A DNA stretch of 64,000 nt, taken from NCBI GenBank assembly GCA_946555455.1, contig CAMNSU010000005.1, positions 2,436 through 66,435 of the forward strand, given 5' to 3'. The position numbers and the translations under genes were made by a program. Position 1 is the first letter of the stretch; the number at the start of each line of letters is the position of its first letter. Below the pieces are notes generated by a model. It searched no databases. It was not told where the DNA came from and worked only from the letters and a program-made list of their open reading frames with translations. Positions 9,805 to 18,050 of this stretch are shown here, piece by piece. The stretch is from an uncultured Clostridia bacterium. Lineage in GTDB: Bacteria > Bacillota > Clostridia > RUG12999.

Positions 9805-11391
9805 TTACCGATTATAATACCGTTTGAGCGCCGCCTGGTTAATTTCAATTGCTCTGTCAATGCCCATGGACTGAATTGTCGCAACGTAATCATCAAACGC
9901 TTCTACCGGCTGCGCTCCCATGATGAATTCTCTCAGTATCTGCGTTTGGTAAGGCGTTACCTGCGCCATAATCTTACTGATTTCTTCACTCTCCTCCGCT
10001 GTGCAGGTGATGGGCGGTAAATCATATAATACTGTATTGGTGTCTGCCCAACGTTTGATTGCCTGCCACTGCTGCGGCAAAGTATAATATTGTTTTAAAT
10101 ACCGTTCGTCTTGTATGTATGGTCCATAGCCCTCCCTGATATATCCCTTGAACATTTGAGAAATGGATTTACCTTCCGGATTATGCGTAATCAAGTCCGT
10201 ATAAACAGGATTTCCTTCCTCCATTCGGTAGCTCACGTCCTCAATACCAAAATTCATTGTGATACGCCCTTCCTGAGAATATCCATAATCTAAAAACTGC
10301 GCCGCCAACGGAACATTTTTGCAGGAAGTGGTAATTGCTGCCGAACCATAGGAAACGTAACGACCTTCCCGCTGTCCGAACATCGGTTTTTCTCCTTTAT
10401 TTAAAGTAGGATACGGCGCGCCGACCAAATCAAATGCATCTCCGTCTTTTTTATGTGTCATCCACGTTCCAATACTGCCGCCGCCATATCCATAAGTCGC
10501 GCCGGTTCTTCCGTTGAGCATGTTGCTTTCCGTCATATCCCTATCCACATTAGCAAAGCTGGGGTCCAATAACCCCTCCTGATACCATTGCCGCAGTTTC
10601 ATGACAAAATCTTTATATCCCTGCTGAATGGGCCCATATTTTACACTGCCGTTCTCTTGATAAAAACCGTTTTTGACGCCATAGCTGCCGACCAAAAACT
10701 TTCCGCCAAGCCCTATTGAAAAATCATAACTCAGCGGCGCCTGTGCGCCTTTCTCGTCTCGAAACCGCCGCAGCATTGTTTCCCATTCGTCAATCGTCTC
10801 CGGCACCTCCAGTCCCAAGTCATCCAGCCAATCTTTACGAATGATAGGCCCCTGCGACACGGTAAGCAATTCGCTGCCGCGAATAAATGCAAACACATAG
10901 TGTTTCCCATCATCTGTTTTCACCATTTTTTCAATATCGGGATTTTGATCCAGATAATTTCGGTAATTGGGCGCATTTTGATTGATAACCTCCGTTAAAT
11001 CAATGATATATTCCTCTTTCATTGCTTTCTCCGGCCCGCCGTCAAAAGAAACCCACGAATGTTCAATGATATCGGGCAAATTTCGTGACGCCAGCATTAG
11101 GTTCATTTCTTCTTTTTCACTGCCGGTCGTTGGGTGAATGTAGTTCACTTTCACACCTGTTTTTTTCTGCAGTTCTTCTCCAAACGGTGTTGCACCCAAA
11201 TCGGCTCCAAAATCCGTGGAATAATATTTGCACCAATACGTCAACGATTCCTCTGTTTTAATAGGATACCGCACTTCATTCTCCGCCGACGCACCGCCAC
11301 GGTTTTCTTGATTGCCGCAGCCACTCAAACTTGCCGCCGCCAGCAAAACTGCCAAACACCAAATTCCGCCTCGCTGCAATTGTTTCTTCAT
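9805..11391 (-). CDS. ABC-transporter-type extracellular solute-binding lipoprotein (family 1, LplA/YtcQ-like, ~528 aa)
   Basis: Track ORF 9805..11475. The likely start is the internal ATG at 11391 (MKKQLQRGGIWCLAVLLAAASLSGCGNQ, lipobox LSGC) with a GGAGGGAG RBS 8 nt upstream. The protein is a paralog of the SBP at 16385..18037 (YIHPTTGSEKEEMNLMLASRNLPDIIEHSW against YVHPPAGQATEKFNLMVASQDLADIVESNW). Confidence 0.8.
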   Translation of the reverse strand: MKKQLQRGGIWCLAVLLAAASLSGCGNQENRGGASAENEVRYPIKTEESLTYWCKYYSTDFGADLGATPFGEELQKKTGVKVNYIHPTTGSEKEEMNLMLASRNLPDIIEHSWVSFDGGPEKAMKEEYIIDLTEVINQNAPNYRNYLDQNPDIEKMVKTDDGKHYVFAFIRGSELLTVSQGPIIRKDWLDDLGLEVPETIDEWETMLRRFRDEKGAQAPLSYDFSIGLGGKFLVGSYGVKNGFYQENGSVKYGPIQQGYKDFVMKLRQWYQEGLLDPSFANVDRDMTESNMLNGRTGATYGYGGGSIGTWMTHKKDGDAFDLVGAPYPTLNKGEKPMFGQREGRYVSYGSAAITTSCKNVPLAAQFLDYGYSQEGRITMNFGIEDVSYRMEEGNPVYTDLITHNPEGKSISQMFKGYIREGYGPYIQDERYLKQYYTLPQQWQAIKRWADTNTVLYDLPPITCTAEESEEISKIMAQVTPYQTQILREFIMGAQPVEAFDDYVATIQSMGIDRAIEINQAALKRYYNR

Positions 11392-11679
11392 TTGACTCCC
11401 TCCAGTCATTCTCCCTATATACAATATCGTAAAAATGCCATTTTGTTTTCCCTGACAATCCTCTGTTTTTATCATAGCACAAGAACGCCCGTTTTCACAA
11501 TAGACAAAACTTCATCTGTATGTGACAAAATATAAACACCGGACAAAACCGCAAGAACAGCGGATTTATACAGGTTTACATTGTCTGTTATTCCGCTTCA
11601 CCGTCCCCTTTGCCGCTATTGCATTTCGACAAAATTTATGATAAAATAAAAGAAATAAAAGGAAGGGACGTGACGGCAC

Positions 11680-13566
11680 ATGAACTTCTGCCGCGTTTTG
11701 AGAAAAAAAATCAGCCTATTTTTCGTTTTCAGTCTATTTTTAGGAATGTTTGCCTTGCCAACACAGGCGGCAAATACCTATGAAGACTTAACCAAACTTG
11801 ACATGCCGCAAAGTGCCGGCGCGATATATCCTGTTGATATGGAAGTAAATTACCGTTATCAAGGAAAAATGGCTGTGCTCTCTGCTGACCGTTTGACAGA
11901 CGAGCGGCTGAACTATTTACTTTCTGTTTTTTCTGATAACAATTTAACATTTACGGGCGGCGCAATGACGTCCTTGCTTTCTGAAAAAGAATATCCTCAA
12001 ACCGGCTGTTTTCGGTTCATCGTACATAGCGGGACAGAGGAATATCAATGGGAAATCCATTTTGACGAAAACCGCGTTTACATTTGGAAACGCGTCATAG
12101 AATCACTGGGCAAACTCATAGATTATCAAGGTTGGTTTGCTTATCAAAACGCTGCTGTTTATGAGGATTTGATTGCTTTTTTGGACAACATCGTTTCTGA
12201 GGATTTTAAAGACGAGGGTGACAAAAAGGACGAGGGGCAAACAGGCGAAGGACAGAAAGAACTGCCTTCCGTTCGTGATGTAAATTTTCTGTATACTGCC
12301 TCTTTGCCGCTCGGAAATGGTGCAGAAGAACTTTGGTGGGGCGTTTTATCATATGTCCGCAGCGGAGAAACCGCGCCCGTAACAGCGCCGTTTATCAGTC
12401 CGTCGGAACCCGGTACGGATGCGTTTCAACGATACTATCTTGCCGACGAAGTGAAAAACAACACCGTATATTTCCCTATGAAAAAAGCATTAACCGGTAA
12501 GGGAAGCGAATTAAAAGAAAATTCTGCTCCCGGCACTTGGACATATCAATATAAACTGCAAGCGAATGTAACTGAAAACGGTCTTGTCAGCGACCTTGTT
12601 GTGGTTAGTACACATGTCAGCACAAACACGTCAGACACCTATCGGATTGATATGGCGCACTGCCGGCAGCGTGGGTCTTTGCCTAAAAGCGGCGCCGCTG
12701 CGTTTCTATCAAAAAACAATATAGACCTTCCCAAAAACGATACGGAAAAAAATGCAGAAACACCAAAGCCATCGGTGACGCCCGCCCCTACCGAAACCGC
12801 ACCGTCTGCCGAACCGACAAACACCGCCGACCCCATCGATTCGGATAACCAAGCGCCGGAAACGACCCAAGCGCCGCCCCAAGAAACACCCAATCAGCAG
12901 GGCGCGCAGCAAAACACACCCGAAGGTACGACGCATGACGCTGTCATCTTCAGCGATATTGGCGGACACTGGGCGGAAAACACCATTAACAAATGGAAAA
13001 ATCAAGGCGTTTTGAACGGCTTTCCTGACGGCACTTTTCAGCCGGACGCAAACATGAGCCGCGCTGAACTTGCAAAAGTGATGACACTGGCATTCAAGCT
13101 AGAGGAAATTCCATCTGACCAAAATGGTCAGGAATGGTATTCTCCGTATCTGGCAAGCGCCGGAAAATATATTCCGTCTTACTATGCATCAACACCGCAA
13201 AAGCCCGTGGCGCTTGACCCCTATTCTCTCGGATTTATGCCGGACAGTCCGGCGCTCCGCATACATGTTGCAGAAGCGCTGGCTGAACTGAAAATGGAAA
13301 AAGAAAATTTAGAGATAGACATTCCAGATATACAAACTGTAAAAGAAGATTTGATGAAAACATTTCAGGATTCTGCTTTTGCACAGCCGTTTACAGACGA
13401 AACAGCTATCGACATGACACGAATGCTGCAATATACGTGGCTGGCAAAAGAATTGCATATCATGCAGGGCGACGCTTCCGGATATTTCCGTCCATACGAT
13501 GGGCTTACAAGGGCAGAGTTGATTACCGTGATTGACAGAATGCTGGAACCCGAAACCGCTCAATAG
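11680..13566 (+). CDS. SLH-domain surface protein (628 aa): signal peptide, unassigned N-terminal domain, Pro/Thr/Glu-rich linker, C-terminal SLH triplet
   Basis: Full ORF with an AAAGGAAGGGA RBS. The C-terminus carries SLH motifs (FSDIGGHWAENTINKWKNQGVLNGFPDGTFQPDANMSRAELAKVMTLAF; ..GYFRPYDGLTRAELITVIDRML). The low-complexity linker is TPKPSVTPAPTETAPSAEPTNTADP. Confidence 0.8.
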   Translation: MNFCRVLRKKISLFFVFSLFLGMFALPTQAANTYEDLTKLDMPQSAGAIYPVDMEVNYRYQGKMAVLSADRLTDERLNYLLSVFSDNNLTFTGGAMTSLLSEKEYPQTGCFRFIVHSGTEEYQWEIHFDENRVYIWKRVIESLGKLIDYQGWFAYQNAAVYEDLIAFLDNIVSEDFKDEGDKKDEGQTGEGQKELPSVRDVNFLYTASLPLGNGAEELWWGVLSYVRSGETAPVTAPFISPSEPGTDAFQRYYLADEVKNNTVYFPMKKALTGKGSELKENSAPGTWTYQYKLQANVTENGLVSDLVVVSTHVSTNTSDTYRIDMAHCRQRGSLPKSGAAAFLSKNNIDLPKNDTEKNAETPKPSVTPAPTETAPSAEPTNTADPIDSDNQAPETTQAPPQETPNQQGAQQNTPEGTTHDAVIFSDIGGHWAENTINKWKNQGVLNGFPDGTFQPDANMSRAELAKVMTLAFKLEEIPSDQNGQEWYSPYLASAGKYIPSYYASTPQKPVALDPYSLGFMPDSPALRIHVAEALAELKMEKENLEIDIPDIQTVKEDLMKTFQDSAFAQPFTDETAIDMTRMLQYTWLAKELHIMQGDASGYFRPYDGLTRAELITVIDRMLEPETAQ

Positions 13567-13676
13567 ACCGGAACTTTTTCTGTTCCGTTTTGTGCTATAG
13601 ACATTGTCTGTCGGATTCCTATACTGTTTTATAAAACAAAAATCTTCTTGCATAGCATTATTTTTTCGTGCAGAAG

Positions 13677-13729
13677 AAAAGGAGCTGTAGCAAATGAAAT
13701 CATTTTGCTGCAGCTCCTTTTTGATTTTA
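13677..13729. terminator. Bidirectional rho-independent terminator between the convergent SLH gene (+) and AraC gene (-)
   Basis: AAAAGGAGCTGTAGCAAA-tgaaatca-TTTGCTGCAGCTCCTTTT forms a ~14-bp stem with one mismatch. It is flanked by an A-run (cagaagaaaa) on the left and a T-run (TTTTTGATTTTAT) on the right. Confidence 0.75.
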
Positions 13730-13763
13730 TCTCACAATATGTTTCTCTCCGGTGAAATTGTAT

Positions 13764-16064
13764 TTATTCTTTAAATTTTCCGGGTGTGACGCCAACATAT
13801 TTTTTGAAAATTCTGGTAAATGTCCGCACATTGGTAAACCCAACTTTTGCCGACACATCTCCCACCATGACGCTTTTGTCCTGCATTAACTCTTTTGCCG
13901 CATCCACACGGATTTCATTGATATAATCTAACAGCGACTGGTGACTCCAATCGCGAAATACCTTAGATACATACGATGGCGTAAATCCGAAATGGTCTGC
14001 AATATAGGAAATGTTCATACTTTGATTGGTATATTCCTGCTGGATGAACGCTGCAATTTCTTCTGCCAGCTTATTGATTTTCGTTTTTGGTTTTTGTTCA
14101 TTCACATAGCCGCAAAGTTCGCGCAGCAGCGTTCTTGCCACCTCCTGCATGTCCTGCACCGTTTCGCATTGAATCAACCGGTCAATATATGCGCCGTTTT
14201 TCATCAGCTCTTCCCCTTCGGAAGGGTGCGAAATATGAATCGCTTTCATCATGGCGCTAATCAAATCCGATATCAGGCATTTTGCCATTGCAGCGGAAAG
14301 CTTGTGTTCTTTTTCAAAATTTTCATGGATAATTTCTTCAATAATTCTGTTTGCCGCCTCTTCTTCTCCGCTGGTGACTGCATTCATAAGCTGCTGTTCC
14401 TTTTCCAGCGGAAAATAGTAGAATGCATTGGATAAATGTTCGATTTCCTGATAAATAACAGGCGTTTTGCTGCCCATGACCGACTCATATTCCATCACGT
14501 CCAGCGCCTGACGGTACGCGCCCGCTGCCATGTCAAGCCCTGTCACAATATTGCTGATTGCCGGCATAACCGTAATATGAAAATATTCTTCCACATAGTC
14601 GCTGGTCTCACTCAGCGCTTTCACAGCCGTTTCCAAACTGTCCTCCGAACTATCCGCCGTATTGATAAGACAAGTGAGGATATTATCCACCTCCAGCGTA
14701 TAGACCGTCTGTTTCCCTTCCAGAAGTTCCGATAAAATATTATCAATAATCAATTGCAGCGCTTGCTCCCGTTCCCCCTCAGACACATCCTCGCCGCGGA
14801 ACAATTCGCCAATATCTTTTATCCAAAACACAGCAACGCAAAACGTATCACTGTGAAATGAAATACCCAGCTTTTCCATGGACAGCTCCGTCGGCAATGT
14901 TTCATCTTTACGTCCTTTTAAGATCCGATATAAAAAGTTCTGCCGCCAGACATTTTTTTGTTTGGAAAACGCGTCGGAGAGCATGGTATTTTGGTCTACC
15001 AGCTTTTGCAGCGCCTGATTAATCAGTGCATATTCATCCGTTTCCCCTTCGCCCTTCCACTCTACTTGTCCACGCAGTTTTTCCATAATCCGAGAGATGG
15101 GATAATAATTTTTCTTCGCAATATAAATTGCAATCAGTCCGCCAATGAGCAGACAAATCAGCACAACAACAATAAATCCATATTTTAGCTGGTTGATGGG
15201 ACCTAAAGTCTGTTTGCGCGATGTGACAACCAAATACTTCCAGTCAATAATTTTACTTGAAACGTAGCTGATTGCCACTTTTTCCCGATTTAATTTCCCT
15301 GATATAATACCATATTCATTTTCTAAAGACTGATAGGTCAGCCCCTCCGGCTCGTCTCCCCGACCGATTACCATACCTTCTTCGCTGCCTATTACGAAAA
15401 AGCTGCTGTCACCAAATTCTTCAATATCTTTCACTTCTTCATAGATTTTATTTTTGTCAAGACAAATCACCACTGCCACATTTTTCTCGCCGCGCAGCAA
15501 CGGATAGTTTTGTACCAGCATAAACTGCTGCCATGTCTCTTTTCCTTTCACGCGGGTCAATGTTTTATAATATTTCGTCTGCTCGTCCAGCAACGACTTC
15601 TGCCACTGTTCATAAGACAGCATTCCGTCATCATAATTCGCCGACCAAAAATACCGGCTGTCAAAATAGCTGTAGGGTGTGACGACCAACTCCCTGTCCT
15701 TCAAATAAAGAAACAGTTCCTCCACATAGTCGTCGGTATTTTTAATGTTCAACAACTCGTTCATAATAAGCGACAGTTCGTATCCGTTCTCCATAATATC
15801 CGGCTGTACGCCGTCCATAAGCTGACGAATCCGTTTGTTGCCCGCCACGTTCTGCGCAATTCTGTCCATGCCAACCAGCGCATTATCAATCATCTGTCCT
15901 GTTTTTTCCAATAAATACCGGTTGGATTGATATGTAATATTTTCAATGATATGACTTGTGGCAAAATACATCCCTGTAAAAATCAAAATTGGGATGAGCA
16001 GCACACCCAAATAAGAAGTGATAAATTTTTTCAATAAACTGGAATTTTTCATCTCCAATTTCAT
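13764..16064 (-). CDS. One-component transmembrane AraC/XylS-family transcriptional regulator (N-terminal TM helix, ~270-aa extracytoplasmic sensor domain, second TM, cytoplasmic linker, C-terminal HTH_AraC)
   Basis: The track ORF extends to a GTG at 16073. The ATG at 16064 (MKLEMKNSS..) has a GAGGA RBS about 10 nt upstream. Hydrophobic segments are FITSYLGVLLIPILIFTGMYF and YGFIVVVLICLLIGGLIAIYIA. The C-terminal ..ISYIADHFGFTPSYVSKVFRDWSHQSLLDYINEIRVDAAKELM....VGFTNVRTFTRIFKKYVGVTPGKF is the AraC HTH signature. No HisKA or HATPase domain is present. Confidence 0.8.
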   Translation of the reverse strand: MKLEMKNSSLLKKFITSYLGVLLIPILIFTGMYFATSHIIENITYQSNRYLLEKTGQMIDNALVGMDRIAQNVAGNKRIRQLMDGVQPDIMENGYELSLIMNELLNIKNTDDYVEELFLYLKDRELVVTPYSYFDSRYFWSANYDDGMLSYEQWQKSLLDEQTKYYKTLTRVKGKETWQQFMLVQNYPLLRGEKNVAVVICLDKNKIYEEVKDIEEFGDSSFFVIGSEEGMVIGRGDEPEGLTYQSLENEYGIISGKLNREKVAISYVSSKIIDWKYLVVTSRKQTLGPINQLKYGFIVVVLICLLIGGLIAIYIAKKNYYPISRIMEKLRGQVEWKGEGETDEYALINQALQKLVDQNTMLSDAFSKQKNVWRQNFLYRILKGRKDETLPTELSMEKLGISFHSDTFCVAVFWIKDIGELFRGEDVSEGEREQALQLIIDNILSELLEGKQTVYTLEVDNILTCLINTADSSEDSLETAVKALSETSDYVEEYFHITVMPAISNIVTGLDMAAGAYRQALDVMEYESVMGSKTPVIYQEIEHLSNAFYYFPLEKEQQLMNAVTSGEEEAANRIIEEIIHENFEKEHKLSAAMAKCLISDLISAMMKAIHISHPSEGEELMKNGAYIDRLIQCETVQDMQEVARTLLRELCGYVNEQKPKTKINKLAEEIAAFIQQEYTNQSMNISYIADHFGFTPSYVSKVFRDWSHQSLLDYINEIRVDAAKELMQDKSVMVGDVSAKVGFTNVRTFTRIFKKYVGVTPGKFKE

Positions 16065-16113
16065 CGGCAGCACATCCTCTTAACGATAAAAATAAACCAA
16101 ACTATATATACGC

Positions 16114-16145
16114 CTAGACAAACAAAAGTCGAATCTCACGCCTAC
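16114..16145 (-). promoter_or_regulatory. Copy 1 of a conserved ~32-nt palindromic leader motif, overlapping a sigma-A-like promoter for the AraC gene
   Basis: The + strand reads CTAGACAAACAAAAGTCGAATCTCACGCCTAC. On the sense (-) strand this gives TTCGAC, a 17-nt spacer, then TATATA(TA) at 16103-16110, about 30 nt before the start codon. See the finding on the three copies. Confidence 0.5.
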
Positions 16146-16254
16146 TCTGCACAGCTGCCATTTCTTCCGTCATGGAACCCATCGGCGGCAAGCAGTTTTC
16201 CGTTTTTCCTGCAATCATTATAATATATCTTCCCCAAAAAATCAACTATGTATA

Positions 16255-16298
16255 GAAGGATAGGGCGGCGCTGCCCAAAGCCGCCCGCCCTATCCTTC
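16255..16298 (-). terminator. GC-rich stem-loop downstream of the SBP gene; putative terminator or structured element
   Basis: GAAGGATAGGGCGGCG-ctgcccaaa-GCCGCCCGCCCTATCCTTC forms a stem of at least 13 bp. On the minus strand the nearest U-run (complement of CAAAAAA at 16234-16240) lies ~12 nt beyond the stem, so it is not a textbook intrinsic terminator. Confidence 0.4.
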
Positions 16299-16384
16299 TT
16301 GGTAATCACATGTTTCGGCGCCTGCCGAAAAAAATTGTATTATTAGGGTTTTACCAACATATTTGATGGTTACATCTTGCCCGT

Positions 16385-18037
16385 TTAATCTGCAATCGCC
16401 GCCGCTTCACGTTTTTTATAACGGTCATATGCCGCCTGCTGAATCTGAATCGCCCGTTCAATCTTCATACTCTTCAATTGTTCAAAATATTGATCCAGCT
16501 TCTCAATTGGCTCCTGACCTGTGATAAATTTAAACAGCATTTCTTCGCGATATACATCAATATCTGTCATGATACCAGTATATTCTTTGTTTTCTTCTTC
16601 TGTCATGGTCACCAGCGGCATCATATATTTTTCTGTTTGGGTGTTTGCCCAAATCGGCATTGCTTCTGTCTGCTGCGGCGTGGTATACATCTGCATGATA
16701 TAATCAGCGTCCTGCACAAACGGTCCGTTATAGCAAGCACGGATATATTTACTCATCGCCTGGCTGGTGGACAGACCGCCATTTTTGCCTGTATCCGTGA
16801 TAAGGTCTGTATAGGTAGGTTTGCCGTCTTTCATTTCATAGGAAACGCCTTCGCGACCGAAATTATAGGTCATATGCCCTTTTTCACTGAATCCATAGTC
16901 CAGATAACGCACCGCGATTTCAACGTTTTTACATTTGCTCGTAATCGCCGCGCCGGTACCGCGTGCCGGTAATTGTTTATGCCCAATCAGCGGTGTCTCG
17001 CCGCGGTTCTTTGCCACATAGGCAACCGGTGTCAGAGATGCTTCCGGCAGCGAAGTTTTCATTCCGGCAATCCATTTACCAAAAGCGGAACCATTCCATC
17101 CGCCCATTGCGCCCGCGTCGCCATTGATAACCAACGCGTCAATCCGTTTCGCATCTTCATTGGTAAATTCGCTGTCCAGCCAGCCGTTATCATACCATTT
17201 CTTCATCATTTTTACCCAGTCGCCGTAAGCTTTTTCATACTGTCCGTATTTCACCGTATCGCCTTCCAGATAAAATTCGCTCTTGATGCCATATGCGCCC
17301 ATAAACGCAGACATATTGTTTAGTTCCGCATTTTTGAGTTTCAGCGTGATTGGCGCTTTCATGCCCATATCTTTAAATGCCGCCAGCATTTTTTCCCAAT
17401 CCTCTATGGTTTCCGGCTTATCCAGCCCTGCTTTTTTCAGCAAGTCTTCTCGCACCATAAAGCCCATTGCTGTCTGTAAAATAGAATCTTTGGTGACAAA
17501 TGGATACATGTAGAATTCACCATCATCTGTTTGAATCTGTGCTGCAATTTCAGGATTTTCTTCATGGAATTTTTTCAAATTCGGAGAAACGCCTTTGTCC
17601 AGCGCTTCGTTCAGCGGCAGAATGGTTTTATCTTTAATTGCTTTGCTGGGTCCGCCTTTATAGGTTGGCCAATTGGATTCCACGATATCAGCCAAATCCT
17701 GCGATGCTACCATTAGATTGAATTTTTCTGTCGCCTGTCCTGCCGGTGGATGAACATATTTAATTTTCACACCGGTTTCTTCTTCCATATACTTGGCAAA
17801 CTCAATGTCATTCATACTGCCTGCATACGCAGCAATATTAGGCGTTAAGTCCAACCAGTAAGACAACTCCACGTCCGTATCCATCGGATAGGTACCATCG
17901 GTTGTCACTGTGGGAATCAGTTCCCCTCCCGTTTTTGCAGTGTTAGTTCCGCCGCTGCCGGAGCAGCCCGCAAGCATTCCCGCTGCAAGCGCACAACACA
18001 GTCCGCAGGTGAATACCTTTTTCATGTTCATAACCAT
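16385..18037 (-). CDS. ABC-transporter-type extracellular solute-binding lipoprotein (family 1, 550 aa), paralog of the 9805..11391 gene
   Basis: Full ORF. The N-terminus is MVMNMKKVFTCGLCCALAAGMLAGCSGSGG (lipobox LAGC), with a GGGAGG RBS. It begins 13 nt after the upstream lyase gene ends, consistent with a shared operon. Confidence 0.85.
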   Translation of the reverse strand: MVMNMKKVFTCGLCCALAAGMLAGCSGSGGTNTAKTGGELIPTVTTDGTYPMDTDVELSYWLDLTPNIAAYAGSMNDIEFAKYMEEETGVKIKYVHPPAGQATEKFNLMVASQDLADIVESNWPTYKGGPSKAIKDKTILPLNEALDKGVSPNLKKFHEENPEIAAQIQTDDGEFYMYPFVTKDSILQTAMGFMVREDLLKKAGLDKPETIEDWEKMLAAFKDMGMKAPITLKLKNAELNNMSAFMGAYGIKSEFYLEGDTVKYGQYEKAYGDWVKMMKKWYDNGWLDSEFTNEDAKRIDALVINGDAGAMGGWNGSAFGKWIAGMKTSLPEASLTPVAYVAKNRGETPLIGHKQLPARGTGAAITSKCKNVEIAVRYLDYGFSEKGHMTYNFGREGVSYEMKDGKPTYTDLITDTGKNGGLSTSQAMSKYIRACYNGPFVQDADYIMQMYTTPQQTEAMPIWANTQTEKYMMPLVTMTEEENKEYTGIMTDIDVYREEMLFKFITGQEPIEKLDQYFEQLKSMKIERAIQIQQAAYDRYKKREAAAIAD

Positions 18038-18050
18038 TTTCCTCCCTTTT

